Positions 24,448-39,614 are shown, counted from the first letter of the whole stretch. The stretch is 63,096 nucleotides of DNA, filler included, from Chiloscyllium plagiosum (GCF_004010195.1; 5 parts of one record of this genome joined end to end with filler, not necessarily neighbours in it); one strand, 5' to 3'. Translations and numbers: made by a program. Notes: generated by a model from the letters alone, not told the origin.

Positions 24448-24547
24448 NNNNNNNNNNNNNNNNNNNNNNNNNNNNNNNNNNNNNNNNNNNNTTAATTAAT
24501 TAANNNNNNNNNNNNNNNNNNNNNNNNNNNNNNNNNNNNNNNNNNNN
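24448..24547. other. Artificial assembly spacer
   Basis: 44N+TTAATTAATTAA+44N. Confidence 0.97.
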
Positions 24548-24897
24548 ATCTGTGACTCCACTTTCAAGGAGCTATGAACCTGCACTCCAAGGTCTCTTTG
24601 TTCAGCAACACTCCCTAGGACCTTACCATTAAGTGTATAAGTCCTGCGAAGATTTGCTTTCCCAAAATGCAGCACCTCGCATTTATCTGAATTAAACTCC
24701 ATCAGCCACTTCTCAGCCCATTGGCCCATCTGGTCAAGATCCTGTTGTAATCTGAGGTAACCATCTTTGCTGTCCACTACACCTCCAATTTTGGTGTCAT
24801 CTGCAAACTTACTAACTGTACCTCTTATGCTTGCATCCAAATCATTTATGTAAATGACAAAAAGTAGAGGGCCTAGCACCGATCCTTGTGGCACTCC
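24548..24897 (-). mobile_element. CR1 reverse transcriptase fragment
   Basis: [21 protein letters not shown]...SKFADDTK. Confidence 0.95.
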
Positions 24898-25129
24898 TTC
24901 TTCAGGAAGGATTCCCTCCTCTTCCATTTTCAAACCACTAAATTTAGCACAATTATTTGATGAGTCAGCAAGTCATGACTTTAAATTTGAAATCAGCTCA
25001 AACTCTGCTGGCAGACTCATTTTCCTTCATTGATGCCATTTATGCTGTACTATGTGTGTTTCTGATATTCTTGTATGTCTTCACAACTTGAGTGTTGCCT
25101 GTTTAGTCTCTTGCACCAAGCACGTGGGA

Positions 25130-26540
25130 AATTGTGTCTTATGAACTTCATTGAGTTTTGAAGACGTAACTAAGAGGATTGATGAGGGCAGAGTGGTGGA
25201 CGTGATCTATATGGACTCCAGTAAGGTGTCTGACAAGGTTCCTCATGGTAGACTGGTTAGCAAGGGTTAGATAACATAGAATACGGGGAGAACTAGCCAT
25301 TTGGATACAGAACTGGCTCAAAGGTAGAAGCCAGTTTTGAAGACGTAACTAAGAGGATTGATGAGGGCAGAGTGGTGGACGTGATCTATATGGACTCCAG
25401 TAAGGTGTCTGACAAGGTTCCTCATGGTAGACTGGTTAGCAAGGTTAGATAACATAGAATACGGGGAGAACTAGCCATTTGGATACAGAACTGGCTCAAA
25501 GGTAGAGGGTGGTGATTGAGGGTTGCTTTTCAGGCTAGAGGCCGGTGACCAGTGGAGTGCCATAAGGATTTTTTTTTTTTATCATTTATATAAATGATTT
25601 GGATGTGAACATTGGAGGTATAGTTAGTAAGTTTGCAGATGATACCAAATTGGATGTTTAGTGGACACCAAAGAAGGTTACCTAACAGTACAACGGGACG
25701 TTGACCAGATGGGCTAATGGGTCGAGGAGTGGCAAATGGAGTTTAGTTTAGATAAAATGTGAGGTGCTGCATTTTGGAAAGGCAAATCAGGGCAGGATTT
25801 ATACACTTAATAGAAAAGTCCTGGGGAGTGTTGCTGAACAAAGAGACCTTGGAGTGCAGGTTCATAGTTCCTTGAAAGTGGAGTCGCAGGTAGATAGGAT
25901 AGTGAAGATGGTGTTTGGTAGGCTTCCCTTTATTGCTCAGTGCAATGAGTACAGGAGTTAGGAGGTCTTCTTGTGGCTGTACAGCAAATTGCACAGAATA
26001 CTGTGTGCAATTTTGGTCTCCCTGCTATTGGAAAGATGTTGTGAAACTTGAAAGGGTTCAGAAAAGATTTACAACGATGTTGCCAGGGTTGGAGGATTTG
26101 AGCTATAGAGAGAAGCTGAATAGGCTGGTGCTGTTTTCCCTAGATTGTCAGAGGCTGAGGGTTGACCTTACAGAAGTTTTAAATTCATAAGGGGCAAGAA
26201 TAGAGTAAATAGACAAGGTCTTTTCCCCAGGATGTGGGAGTCCAAAACTAGAGGGCATAGGTTTAAGGTGAGAGGGGAAAGATTTAAAAGGGACCGAAGA
26301 GGCAACGTTTTAATGCAGAGGGTGGTGCATGTATGGAATGAGCTGTCAGAGGAAGTGATGGAAGCTGCTACAATTATAACATTTAAAAGGCATCTGGATG
26401 AATACACGAATAGGAAGGGTTTAGAGGGATAAGAGCCAAATGCTGGCACATGGGACTTTGTTGATCTAGTATATCTGCCTGGCATAGACAAGTTAGACTG
26501 AAGGGTCTGTTTCAGTGCTTTACGTCTCTATTACTTTAAG
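25130..26540 (+). mobile_element. 5'-truncated CR1 LINE (RT to 3' UTR) with an internal tandem duplication
   Basis: [31 protein letters not shown] and FKRHLD motifs, broken by frameshifts. Confidence 0.93.
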
Positions 26541-27077
26541 TTATAAGCTATGTCAAACATGCATTTGTGAAATGAAAAATTGAGAATGAATACTAATATT
26601 TTGTGGTTAGAAAGAAGGATCAGTTGGAAAAATGGATGGGTTTTAATCAATGGTGATCGAGAGAGCTCTCTAAAGAACTAGTAAATGCATAATGGGCTGA
26701 CTGACCTCCTTTTGCACTGCATCACTCAGCTAAGGGAGACTGTCAAAATTACAACTGAAAATCTAATCGCAGCAATGTGTACTATCTACAAGATGCACTG
26801 CAGAAATTCAGCAGATCCTTAGACAGCATCATCCAAGTTCAGACGACTACTATCTATTTGGATAAGGGCAGCAGGTATATGTGAGTGACACTAACTGACT
26901 TGGAAATATCCTCACCATTCCTCCAGTGACATCAAATCAAAATCCTGGAATTCCTTTTGTACGTCTACCTACAGCATGTGGACTGCAGTATTTCAAGAAA
27001 GCAGCTCACCACCACCTTCTCAAGAACACCTAGGGAATGAGTTCGATCTACACGTCATTGGGCGTTGCACCAACTCA

Positions 27078-27449
<372 letters not shown>

Positions 27450-28282
27450 TCATCTCTAGGTGTGTCCTATTGAACATTTTCATAACCCTAAAGCACCTCC
27501 AACAGTCTACTGTTTTTAAGTTTTTTTTTTAAGAAGTAAAGAGTTTCTGCTCTGTGCACAAACTACAGCCAAACCAAAGCCTGTTTGGAAAAGCATTCCT
27601 GAGTTTTGACATGAAGTGATTTACATAACAGCAAATGAAAACATTTGCCATGAACACATGCAACCAGAATCCAATTTAGAATATATTTAAAAGGAAAATT
27701 ACTTTACAAAAGATTTTCCTTTGATATATTTCAGAGATAACTTGATAAAGTTTGATTAATTCAATACTTAAATGGGCTTGTCACAAACAAGGCATTTTTA
27801 AACAAAGGTTCAATCCGTCACAGCAGGTAACCCAAAAATAATTTAAAACACCAGACAACTGGCTGAACAATAAGAAAACTTATTTCCCGCTAAGATTGGG
27901 TCATCAATTCCAAAAATTCTTTCACGGTATATGTAATGTTGCATTCAAAAAAAAAAATGAGTTTCACTTTTGGAGCTACCTCAGAGAGCTACAAATCTGC
28001 AATTAACAGGAAGTCCCAGTGGTGTTTAACTTGCTGTCAATGCATTGCTTGTCTGGTGGAGAAGTTCTTTTAGAACTAGTTCAAAACATAGGGGAAATTT
28101 GAGGTGCCCTTAACTTTGTGCAATTTCAAACAAGCTTTTTCACTGACCACAGTTAGACAAACCGATGCAATGATTGGGAACTCTAGTCCCATGGTGCTTG
28201 ATTGCCCACTTAGGAGAAATGAAAAATGGATCAGGACTTGTTACTGGGACACTCTCTTTCAGGTGAATGTGTAGACAGATGC

Positions 28283-28560
28283 AACTGTATTTTTGCCTTT
28301 ATTGGTCAGAGTATTGAGTATAGGGAGGTCATGTCGCGGCTGTACAGGACATTGGTTAGGCCACTTATGGAATACTGCGTGCAATTCTGGTCTCCTTCCT
28401 ATCGGAAAGATGTTGTGAAAGTTGAAAGGGTTCATAAAAGATTTACAAGGATGTTGCCAGAGTTGGAGGATTTGAGCTATAAAGAGAGGTTGAATAGGCT
28501 GGGGCTGTTTTCCCTGGAGCATCGGAGGCTGAGGGGTAATCTTATAGAGATTTATAAAGT
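28283..28560 (+). mobile_element. CR1 ORF2 3' fragment in ANP32B intron 3
   Basis: AFIGQSIEYREVMSRLYRTLVRPLMEYCVQFWSP. Confidence 0.9.
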
Positions 28561-28876
28561 AAAGAGTCCTGGATGACGTTGAGCTTCTTGGGTGTCCTTA
28601 GAACTACACTAATCCAGGAAAATGGGGAATATTCCATCACACTCCTGACTGCTGCCTAATAGTGGAGAATATTCACCACTTTGAATAATATCAAAATTGA
28701 ATCAAAATACAGGAGAAGGGCATGTAAATTGTTAGCAGCAATGCAATGATGCTAAGATTAGCTTTTCATATGTACACAGGATCTATTTTTAAATTAAAGC
28801 AGATGATACGTTTTAGGTGAATACAAGAGCATTCATCATAGACATCACATTCTTGCAAAATCTGCTGACCTTCTTA

Positions 28877-29140
<264 letters not shown>

Positions 29141-29149
29141 TTAAGCCAA

Positions 29150-29720
29150 CTTGCATTCATATACTCCAGTTTAATGTAAAACATTCCCAATGCTATATAA
29201 CACAGCATTAAACAAAATTTAGCACTGTGCCTAGGTTGGCTGATCAATGGTTTGTCAAAGTTGCATGTTTAAGAAGCTTCTGAAAAAAAAGATAAGTGAA
29301 GAAACTTAAAGACGGAATTTCACAGCTTAAGACCCAAGCTAGTGAAGGCATGGCCACCAATGGTGAAGCGATTAAAATGGGTATGTTTAAGAGATCAGAG
29401 CTGGACTAATGCAGTGACATCATATAGTAAGAGGGATGGGACCAGCAGGTGAAGGTTTGGCTGGGGAGGGAATTGAACACAATTATGGAAAATTTAGATT
29501 AGCGTGTTGTTGGATCAGGTGCTAATGTGGATCAATGAGCACAGGGGTGACGGGATCTGGACAGCAAGAATTTTGGATGAATTGAAATTTATGGAGAGTG
29601 TACGGTGGGCAGTTAGGACAGTATTAGAAATCAAACCCTCTTGTAACAAAAGTATGATTGGAATTTCAGCAGCATATGAACAGAAGCAAGTTCCAAGTTG
29701 GGCAATATTACACATGTGGA
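29150..29720 (-). mobile_element. Old L2-like LINE 3' fragment
   Basis: Shares GAAGGCATGGCCACCAAT and flanking sequence with 53800-54300; family assignment from recall only. Confidence 0.5.
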
Positions 29721-32629
29721 ATTAATATCCTCTCCATCACCAAGGCAACCTAACCTTACAGCTTTTCATAGGGTCGAACATGACCTCAAAGTCTGATTCA
29801 CTGTACACAGGCATTAAGGATCAGGGAATATTGCTGCAAAACATGGCACACAAGATTGATTACTGTCTTGGAGAATTACATGCAAACTAAGTAATTTGGC
29901 TCCAGGAAGAATGAACAGGACAAATTATTAGAAGAAGAGAATGGTTCAGAATGAAAAGAAAGAAAATGAATAGGAATCATGAAAAAGCTTACATTTTGAT
30001 CGCACCTTTCTCAACGTCGCAAATTTACGAAGTGTTTTAAAACCATTGAAACACTTTGTAGCATAGTCACTGTTCTAATTTTGAAGCTTCTACAAACAAC
30101 AAATGGGATGAAGATCAAATCGTTTGTTTTATCTCAGAAGGCATTAGTTGGGGGTGAATATTGATTCGGACACTGGTGAGAACTTGTTTGCTTTTTTTCA
30201 AAGCAATGCTGTGGCAGTTTCTATACCGACAGAGGCAGGCAGGGCCCTGGGTTAGTGTCTCATAAAGGATGATATTTTGGACAATGAAAGGGACAGATGT
30301 GGAGGCAACATACAGAGTGGTCTTAGATCTTTCCATTGTTAAATGATACTAACTGCAAACTGAGCAATGTAATTCATGTTAGAATTTACAACAACACTAG
30401 CAGTACTGTGTAAACAGAGGGTGTAGCTGAGGCAATGTTGAGTGTAAAGCACTTAAAGTGACTAAATATTTGGAACCAAATGTAAAATTCCAATGCAAGT
30501 TGTGTACAGTAGTCAAAAGTGTGTTTCTTAAGTCAACCAAGGAGGAAACAGAGTTGCTAAATGAGAACTTGGAGTAAAAATATTTAAAAACAAGACATAA
30601 CACATTCCATTGAACAGATGAGCAGGAGATTACTCTGGAAACCTGGCCAATAGTTATTCATCAATCCAAGCTATTTAAACAGCAGATAGTACGTCCATTA
30701 CAGAATTGGAGTTTGCAGGATCTAGCTGTGCACACATTGGCTGTAATGTTTCTGTATGACAACAATGCCTATACTTGAAAAAAATGCTTTATTTGTTGTG
30801 AAGCACTTTGGGCCAGCATGAAGTTATGAAAAACAGCCAAGAGAAATGCAACTCATTTATTTCATCCTCTTCAACCTGTTCTTCTGTGCAAAGGGTGGCA
30901 GACACATGGGAACATCACCACCACCTTCAAGGCACATCTCTACAATTTAACACAATACTCCAGGTCACAGACCATTCTTACCTAAAATATATTTGTTCTT
31001 TACATCACTGGTTTTTAAAAATCCAGGAATGCCTTACCTAACAGCACTTGAGAACATGTTCACTCCACTCCCTGCACTGCTCAAGTTGTTGGTAACTCAT
31101 CAGCTTTTCAAACCATTAGGGATGGGCAATTAATGCTGGGTTTACCATTATGATCCCAAAACATAACATTCATTAGAAAAGGAAGTGCACTCACCTCAAC
31201 CTATAATCAATTACGTGAGAATTATTGAAGTCTCACTGTTCTCTGGTCACATCTGACCACTTACCCACAATGCTATCATGTAAAAGCTTAATAAAGGCAA
31301 ATCTTGAGACAAGGGCCTGAGGTGAAGACCCTGTTGGTGCCACCCTGCTGCAGAATGACCCCACCCCATAGCCTTGATTGTATTTGGGAACTCTGTGCTC
31401 TGGGTATTCAGTTCAGCAGCTGCAACATCAGCTAGTCTGTAAATTCTAGAATACTGGACTGAATTAACACAGATCAGACCAAAGTCATTACAGTACATCA
31501 CCTAAAATCATCATTCCATTGGCTTACCACCATATCCAATGCTCATTGTATTTTGAGCTTGCTTCAGTTTACACAATTTTTTTTTTAAACAAACAGGACA
31601 GGAAGATGACTATTTTTCCCAATCCACCAACACTGATGTTTATGCCCCACATAAGCTTCTTCCTATCCCTCATCTCACAGAATCACTGTATCCAATTAAG
31701 CCAAACAGTCTATTCAAATGTTGTAAAATCTAAGTAACACTATTCCATGTAACACATTATTTTGTGATTTGATAATACTCCTCTTAACCACTTTGGTTGT
31801 TAAAAGCACGATATAACTGTTGTTAAGGCAATTTTTCCACTGCTGAATATTTCACTATTGGTCTGCCAGATGTGCTGACAGACTTTAATCATATCATCTG
31901 ATGCTCTTTTGAAGTTATATTCAGTTAAAGTGTAAACTTGCAGTGCACTTCCCTAATTTTAATCACTCCCATGGCTGTTGTGCTTTCAAATGCCTAGACT
32001 CAAGATTCCTCAATTCCTTTCCTAAACCTCTCTGCCAGTTGACCTCTCACTACTCCTTTCAGACACTCCATAAAAGCTAGCTCTTTGACCAAGCTGTTGA
32101 TCCTCTGAACTGTTATTTTCTTAAGTGACAGTGTTAAATTTCGGTGATAATGGTTCTGTGAAATACTTTGAATGGTTATATTCAAACTCGACAAATGTGG
32201 CTTTTATGTCAAAGATTTGGCACATAACTTCAGGCTCAGATGTTTAAGCTTCATGATTTAAGGGGGATAAAAGTCATAAATACAATAGAATGATCCAGTA
32301 ACTTCACACTGGTAATTATCAGAACATTATCTTGGTGTTATAATTAAGACATGTCAGGTTTTGGAAATTATCCAAAATAGGGCATTTGCTTTTGTTACCA
32401 CAGAGAGTCTTCAGTGTCAAATAAAAGTAACACCACAATGCTGAATAATTCCTCCCAATTGTCTCAATGTTTTTAACATTGGGAACATGGAAGGCTGCCC
32501 ACAGACATATGAAGGAGGGACAAATATCTTAATTCATCAGAAATATGATGACAATGAAGTAATTTTGCTCAAACCTCATCAAGTCAACGTCCAACTTCAA
32601 GTGTCGTGAAATGATGCCTAATGAACTAG

Positions 32630-33670
32630 TTCTGAGGGAGGGTCACCAGACCCTAAACGTTAACTGATTTCTCTTCAAAAATGACGAAAATACCTGCTGA
32701 GCTTTTCCAGCAACTCCAACCACAGCAAGGATAGAACGCCTCAATCCTCACCTTCCAACCCACTAATCTCCAGATACAGCAGATTATCTTCCGGCATTTC
32801 CGCCACCTACAATTAGACCCCACCACCAAAGATATATCACCCTCCACATCCCTTTCTGCATTCCACAGAGACCATTCCCTCCATGATTCCCTTGTTGTTA
32901 GGTCCATACCCCTTACCAACCCACCCTCTACACCCAGCCCCTTCCCTTGCCACCGCACGAGGTGTAAAATCTGCGCCCACACCTGCTGCCTCACCTTCGT
33001 CCAAGGCCCAAAAGGATCATTTCAAATCCAGCGGAGATTTTCCTGCACATCCAGCCACCTCATCTACTACAACTGTTGCTCTTGATGTGGTCTCCTCTAC
33101 ATCAGGGAGACAGGACACCAACCCATGCAGCACTGCAGGGAACATCTCTGGGTCACACACCCAACAACGCCATCGCCCTATGGCCAACCATTTTAACTCC
33201 CCCACCCACTCCACCAAGGACATGCAAGTCCTGGGCTGCCTCCACCGCCAAATCAAAGCCACCAGAGAACTGGAGAAAGTATGCCTCATCTTCGGCCTTG
33301 GGACACTTCAATCACATGGCATCAACATCGACTTCACCAGTTTCCAAATCTCAGCGCCCCTCCACAAGCTCATCCCAGATCCAATCCTGTAACTCAACCC
33401 CACCCTCTTGACCTGGTCATCTTCCTTTCCACCTATCTGCTCCACCCTCCCCACTGACTTATCACAATTTAGTGCCCACCTGCATCCACCTATTGCCTTC
33501 CTAGATATCTTCTCCCAGTCGAAGCCCAACCTCCACCATTTATATCTCAGACCCCTTCCCCTCCACATTCCTGATGAAGGGCTTATGCCCGAAACATTGG
33601 CTCTCCTGCTCCTCGGATGCTGCCAGATCGGCTGTGTTTTTCCAGTGCCACACTTTTCAACTCAGTCTCA
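32630..33670 (+). mobile_element. Penelope-like element 3' part: RT thumb/linker, degenerate GIY-YIG endonuclease, terminal repeat
   Basis: LTFQPTNLQIQQIIFRHFRHLQLDPTTK; PCHRTRCKIC; LIYYNCCS*CGLLYIRETG (GIY-YIG); PMANHFNSP; hammerhead-like motif at 33571-33598. Confidence 0.88.
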
Positions 33671-33674
33671 CTAA

Positions 33675-35980
33675 TGCTTTATACAGTTGCAGCAACCTTT
33701 CCTGACTTTTACACTCATTCCTTGAGTAATACATGTCAAAATTCCATTTGCCTCCATAATTACCTGCTGTACCTACATATTAGGTTTCTATGATTCATAC
33801 ATGAGGACACCTGGATCCCTCTGCACCAAAGTACTCTGAGGTTTTTCTCTATTTAGATAATAATTTGCCTTTTTATTTCTCAAACCAAAATGGATGACCT
33901 CACGCATCCACATAAAACATCATCTTTCAAATTTTACCCATTCATCTAACCTATCCATTTGGAAATTTCTCATTTTTTCACTGCAACTTATTTTCCCATA
34001 TATTTTAGGGTCATGTGCAAATTTGGCTACAGTACTTTCTATCCCCGCATCCAAGTCATTAATATAACTTGTAAATAGTTGAGGCCTGATGACAGAACCA
34101 TGTTGCACCCCACTAGTTACATCTTGTCAGCCAGAAAAAGCAAACATTCATCCCAACCCTCTGCTCTCTGTTGGTTAACCAATCCTCTAAACAAGCCAAT
34201 AAATTACCACTAACCCCATGTGATCTTACCTTGCGTACTAACTTTTGTTTGGCACGTTACCAAATTCCTTCTGGAAGTATAGATATATTACATCTACAGG
34301 ATCTCTATTGCTTGTCACATCTTTAAAGGACTCTTGGAAATTAATGAAACCTGGTCTATCCTTCATAAAACCTTCATATCAAATGTCCTGTTATTACTTC
34401 CCTAATAACGGATTCTAACAATTTCCCAATGATACATACTGGTGTTTAGTTTCCTACTTTTTGCCTCCCTCCCTTTTTAAAACTGTATTATATTAGCATT
34501 TTTCTAATCCTGTGGAACTTTTCCCACATTCAGGGAATTTTGGAATATTATAACCAATGGATCCACTATCACTCCTGACACTTCCTTTAAGACCCTAGGA
34601 CATAGGCCATCAGGCCTTAGAGACTGGTCTGCCTTCAATCTCAGAACTTTTTAACCTAGTGAAGATGATTGTTTTATGTTCCTCCCTTTCTTTAACTTCT
34701 GCTTTACCTGTTACAGTTGGAATGATACTAGTATCTTCAAATATGAAAACTGAAGCTAAATATTTAATCAGTGACTCTGCCATTTGTGTGTCCCCCATTA
34801 ACAACTCCTTAGTTTCATCCTCCAAGGACCAACTTTCACTTTAGCTACGGTCTTCACTTTTATTACAGCTTATGCTATTTGCTATTTATATTTTGTGGCA
34901 GTTCTCTTTCATAATACACCTTTGCTCTTTTTATGACTGTTTTTAGTAACCTTTTGACAATCTTCAAACATTTCCCAATATTTCAGCTTGCCACTTGCCT
35001 TTGCAGTATGTTATGCCTTAGGTTTTTTGCTTTAACTTCCTTGCTTAGCCATGGATTCCCTTCCCCTCTTACAATCTTTCTTCTTTTCTGGATATATTTT
35101 AGTTGGGACCATCTGCCACTGCTCATCAACTGTCCTACTTTTTTGTCACAGTCCGCTAGGGCCAGATCTGTTCTCATGTCTATGTAGTTACCTTAGTTTA
35201 ATTGCAGAAAGCAAGCGTGGGAATCCTGTTTCTTGTCCTCCAACTGAATTTGGAATTCTAGTATGCTATGATCACTGTTCCGTAGAGGATCCTTTACTAT
35301 GAGATCTTTAATCTCATCAAATCCAGAATACCCTGCTCCCTGGTTGGCTCTCCAACATATTGTCCCTTTGAACAAATCTATTAAATGCAATAAACTCTCC
35401 CTTGAGGCTACCCATGCCAATTTTACTTAATCTATATCTTAATCTATATTAAATTACCCATGATTATTACTGTTCTTTTCTTAGAAGCCTCCAGTATTTC
35501 TTCATTTGTTCTGTGCTCCACTACTGTTTGATGATCAACAGATTACTTTTCCCTTTTTCCCTTGCTCTTGTTTATTTCCACCCACCCTTTTTCCATGCCT
35601 GAAAATAAAACAAAGAACTATAGATGCTGGAGATCTGAAATAAAAACAGAGATTGCTGGAGAAACTCAGCAGGTCTGGCAGCATTGGTGTAGAGAAAGCA
35701 GAGTTAATATTTTGAAACATTAACTCTGCTTTCTCTCCACCGATGCTGCCAGACCTGCTGAGTTTCTCCAGCAATTTGTTTTTGATTCTGTGACTTGGTC
35801 TCCAGTGCTGACAGCATTTCTCAATACAGTACTGATCTTTTCCTTTACTAACAAAGCTACACCACCTCCTTTTCCTTTCTATCCGAAACTGATTATCCCT
35901 TAGATATACAATTCCCAAACGTGGTCTCCCTGCAACCATACCTCACTAATCACCACCAAATCCTATCCAAATATTAGGCA
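33675..35980 (-). mobile_element. Old, long CR1 ORF2 remnant (endonuclease to RT)
   Basis: PQLFTSYINDLDAGIE..AKFAHDPK; DPLRNSDHSILEF; many stops. Confidence 0.85.
35602..35785. mobile_element. Palindromic PLE-derived mini-element nested in CR1
   Basis: About 66-bp near-perfect inverted arms at 35642-35708 and 35719-35783. Confidence 0.8.
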
Positions 35981-36026
35981 TTTTTTTGTGCAATCCAATT
36001 GTTGTCTTACAGGATAAGAGGATTAC

Positions 36027-36210
36027 AAAGTTAAAAATCACACAACACCAGGTTATAGTCCAACAGGTTTAATTGGAAGCACACTAGCTTTCGGAGCGTT
36101 GCTCCTTCATCAGGTGGTAGTGGAGGGCTCAATCCTAACACAGAATTTATAGCAAAAACTTACTGTGTAATGTAACTGAAATTATACATTGGAAAATCGA
36201 TTGTTTGTTG
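36027..36210 (-). mobile_element. PLE terminal-repeat fragment, same family as 7248-7455
   Basis: Shares AAAGTTAAAAATCACACAACACCAGGTTATAGTCCAACAGG with the 7248 element. Confidence 0.8.
36085..36113 (-). ncRNA. Minimal type I hammerhead ribozyme motif, sense to ANP32B intron 2
   Basis: CUGAUGA-A-[GGAGC AAC GCUCC]-GAAAG-CUA with CAC/GUG stem I. Confidence 0.68.
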
Positions 36211-36286
36211 AGGAGATTGAGATGGGGTCCACTAGAAGATTTTGAGCAACTATTACTTGTATAAAAATATAAACAAAGTGTACCTA

Positions 36287-36532
<246 letters not shown>

Positions 36533-37937
36533 CTAGAACGAACAAATGATTTGCCAATTGAGGCCCTTACTGTAAAAACAAAACCCGAGAAAACAAGATT
36601 CAATACCTCCAAGTGAAGAAATTCTCCCTCATCTCAGTCTTAAATGTCTTATTTTAAGGCCACGTCCCACATTTTCTAGATCCACAGCCAGGAGAGCATC
36701 TTTTAAGAATATTATATGTTTCAATAAAGTCACTGCTAATTCTTCTAAACTTTGGAGAATACAAACCCAGTTTCTTCAAATTTCTCTTCACATGGCAATC
36801 TCACCATCCCAGGTTTGAGTTTAAGGAATCTCTGCTGCAGGTCCCTCCAATTTTTTCCTTACTTAAAGGAGAACAAAACTACATAAAAATCTTCAGGTAT
36901 GGTCTCACCAAGGTTTTGTAAAACTGAATCAAGATTTAAATGCAGTTCGATCCATTTTCTGGTATTAATGTTGTAGGAAGTTAATCCTATAGTATGGAAA
37001 TTACACCACAATTTCATACAATGCATCTGTTTACAAGGCAGGCAGAAAAACCAACATGAAATTAAATCAGGAGGAGACCATCCACCCCACTGAGCCTGTC
37101 ACTGTATTTTGAAAAAGTATCCAGTTAGTCTCCTTTTCCCTGCTCTTCTTCTGTCGCTCTGCAGTTTTTATCTTTTTTTTTAAATCCAATTCCTTTCAAA
37201 GTGATTGAATTGAATTTGTCACCAGCATTCAGGAAGGATTTTCCAAACCACAAAACACTGCAGAAAAAATAAAAATTCATTTCCCCTCTGGCCCTTTTGT
37301 CAATCATCTTAAAATGTATGTCCTGTGGTTACCTGTTCTCTTGCCACTGTAAGGAGTTACTCTTTATTGACTTTATTAAAACTCTTCATAATTAAAGTAC
37401 AAGGAGACCTTGCACTACAATAGTGCATTTTGCTTGGAAAATTGAGCAGTGTTTTAATTCTAAATCTTCAATGTTACAAAATAGCATCATAAGCAGACAG
37501 TCAGAATTAAGGTCAGAAAGAAACCTTCCCACTTTACATCCTCTGTAATCTGCATTCTTTGAAACCTCTACCACCTATTGCCCAACCTCCACTCCCGAGC
37601 TCACTCACCTCCATTAGCTTCCAATTAAAGCATCACCTGGATCGAAAATGTTCATTCTCAAATCCCACTAGGGATTCGCCTCTTTTCATCTCTGCAACCT
37701 CCTACAATCCTTCAATTCTTGACTTGAGGAACAAATCAGTAACTACCATCCTTTGCTGCTTGGGTTAACTCCCTAATTCCTGCACTACAGGAGGCACACC
37801 ACAAGTTGGGCTGCTTTTGGTGGGGGGGTGGGAGGGGGTGGGAAGGAGCAAGAAGGGGGGTTGGCTGGTGATCTGATGAGGGATCTTCAAAATTATGAAG
37901 TAGTTTGATAGTGTGTGGGTGGGTGGGGTGGTGGGGC

Positions 37938-38000
37938 AGACAGAGAGAGAGAGAGAGACAGAGAGTGAGAGAGACAGAGAGTGAGAGAGACAGAGAGACA
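37938..38000. repeat. (GA)n/(GACA) microsatellite
   Basis: Direct inspection. Confidence 0.85.
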
Positions 38001-39614
38001 TAGGAATTAAGGGACAACTGGCAGGGCAGGCAGAACAGATGCAGGGTTGCCGATCCTGAGAGAGTGGACCATCAAGACAAGAACACAGTGTGCAGATGTG
38101 TAATGCACAGGGATTACAAAATAGCACCCCATCAGAGAAAATCAAAGACATGGGAGAACCACATCAAATACAGGATGGTCCCTTAAAGGTCCAGGAAGGT
38201 TGGTTATTCTGACTCGGGGGGGTGGGGGGGGTGGGGGGGGGGTGGGGAGTACAACTAACAGAGAAATAAATACAAGACTGTCATTAATAAAACAATAAGG
38301 AATTCAGGATAAGCTTCTCAAGCCAGAGAGGAGTTAGAATGTGGACCTTGTAACCATGACGGCAAATAATATCGATGCATTCAAAATGAAGCCTAGATGA
38401 AGATAAGTGAGGTAGGAGCAGAAAAAAATACCAATAAACTGAGATGAAGGTGGGTTTCAGGTTATCCACACGGACCAGAAAAGAGTTTTCACAAACTTGG
38501 GGTGCATTGCCTGGATTTCTGATAGTGAAAGGGTGATTTGATTGAAGATTACAAAGATACTGAGGAGAACGGAGAGAAGTTGTTGCTGCTGGATGGTGAG
38601 TCCAGCACTGGAAGGCAGAATCTAAACATCACAGCCAGACCTTTCGGGTGTGAAACTAGGAAACACAGTTCTACATGAACAAAAAGCTGGAATTCTCATC
38701 CACAAATGGCCATTAATGTAAGTTAAATTGCCAATTTTAAATCTAAGTTTGATAGCAACCTTTGATCAACAAACAAAAAACTAAGAAATATGAGACAAGA
38801 GAGGGTAAATAAATAAAAAAGAGATTGCAAATAACCACCATCTTTATGAATGGACGTTCAGGGGTAAAGACCTAAACAGCCTCCTTCTGGTCCTCAGTTT
38901 CTACCTCCGTGTTTATACCACCGAACACATCTTTGCCAATACCATGCTAAGATGGCAAGATGCCCAAGATTGCAGATCACTTGTTTCACTTGAGATGCAG
39001 ATTTATAACAAGGTGGGAGGTTGTGAAGGGACAGAGAATTTCTGTTAACGATTCATTATAATTCAGCATAGTGGCACAGAGTAAACGGTGAGCTTGAACC
39101 TTGAATGGAGGCTCAGTGAACCAGATGGATAACTCTGGGTTCCCTGAAGTTGAACAGGCAACAAGCTAGGAGCAGAATACCTATCCCTCTCTACTGGGGG
39201 AAAAATTACTCAATCCTTCAGAAAGCACAAACCCTCAGCTGGGAAACAGTTCTGTGGCAGTTCTAGATGACCCTATGAAACAAGGCTGACTTTTCTACAG
39301 TGCAGACAACAGTCCATCCAGAGTGACCTAAGTGTATTTCCAACAGGGATCACTGAATTGATGATTTTGTCAGGAGCTTAGTTTGTTCTGGATGCATATC
39401 CCAAGGCAAACTAAATAACTTTATCACCTGTTATTAACGTATAATAGTCATCAAGAACAGGAACCATGACTGACACACCCTTCTTTAATCCTGAATTGCT
39501 TGTCACATTTACTGCAGCAAAGATTGGAAATCAAACCAGACATATTTCTGGTCTATAGAGTTCAACATTGGATTAATGTTACAAAATTACACAATGACAG
39601 AGATGCTCTTCAAA

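Noticed and set aside
24898..24933. Acidic MEEEG stretch as ANP32B exon 5
   Set aside because: Too short, not Asp/Glu-rich enough, lacks splice sites and runs directly into CR1 RT.
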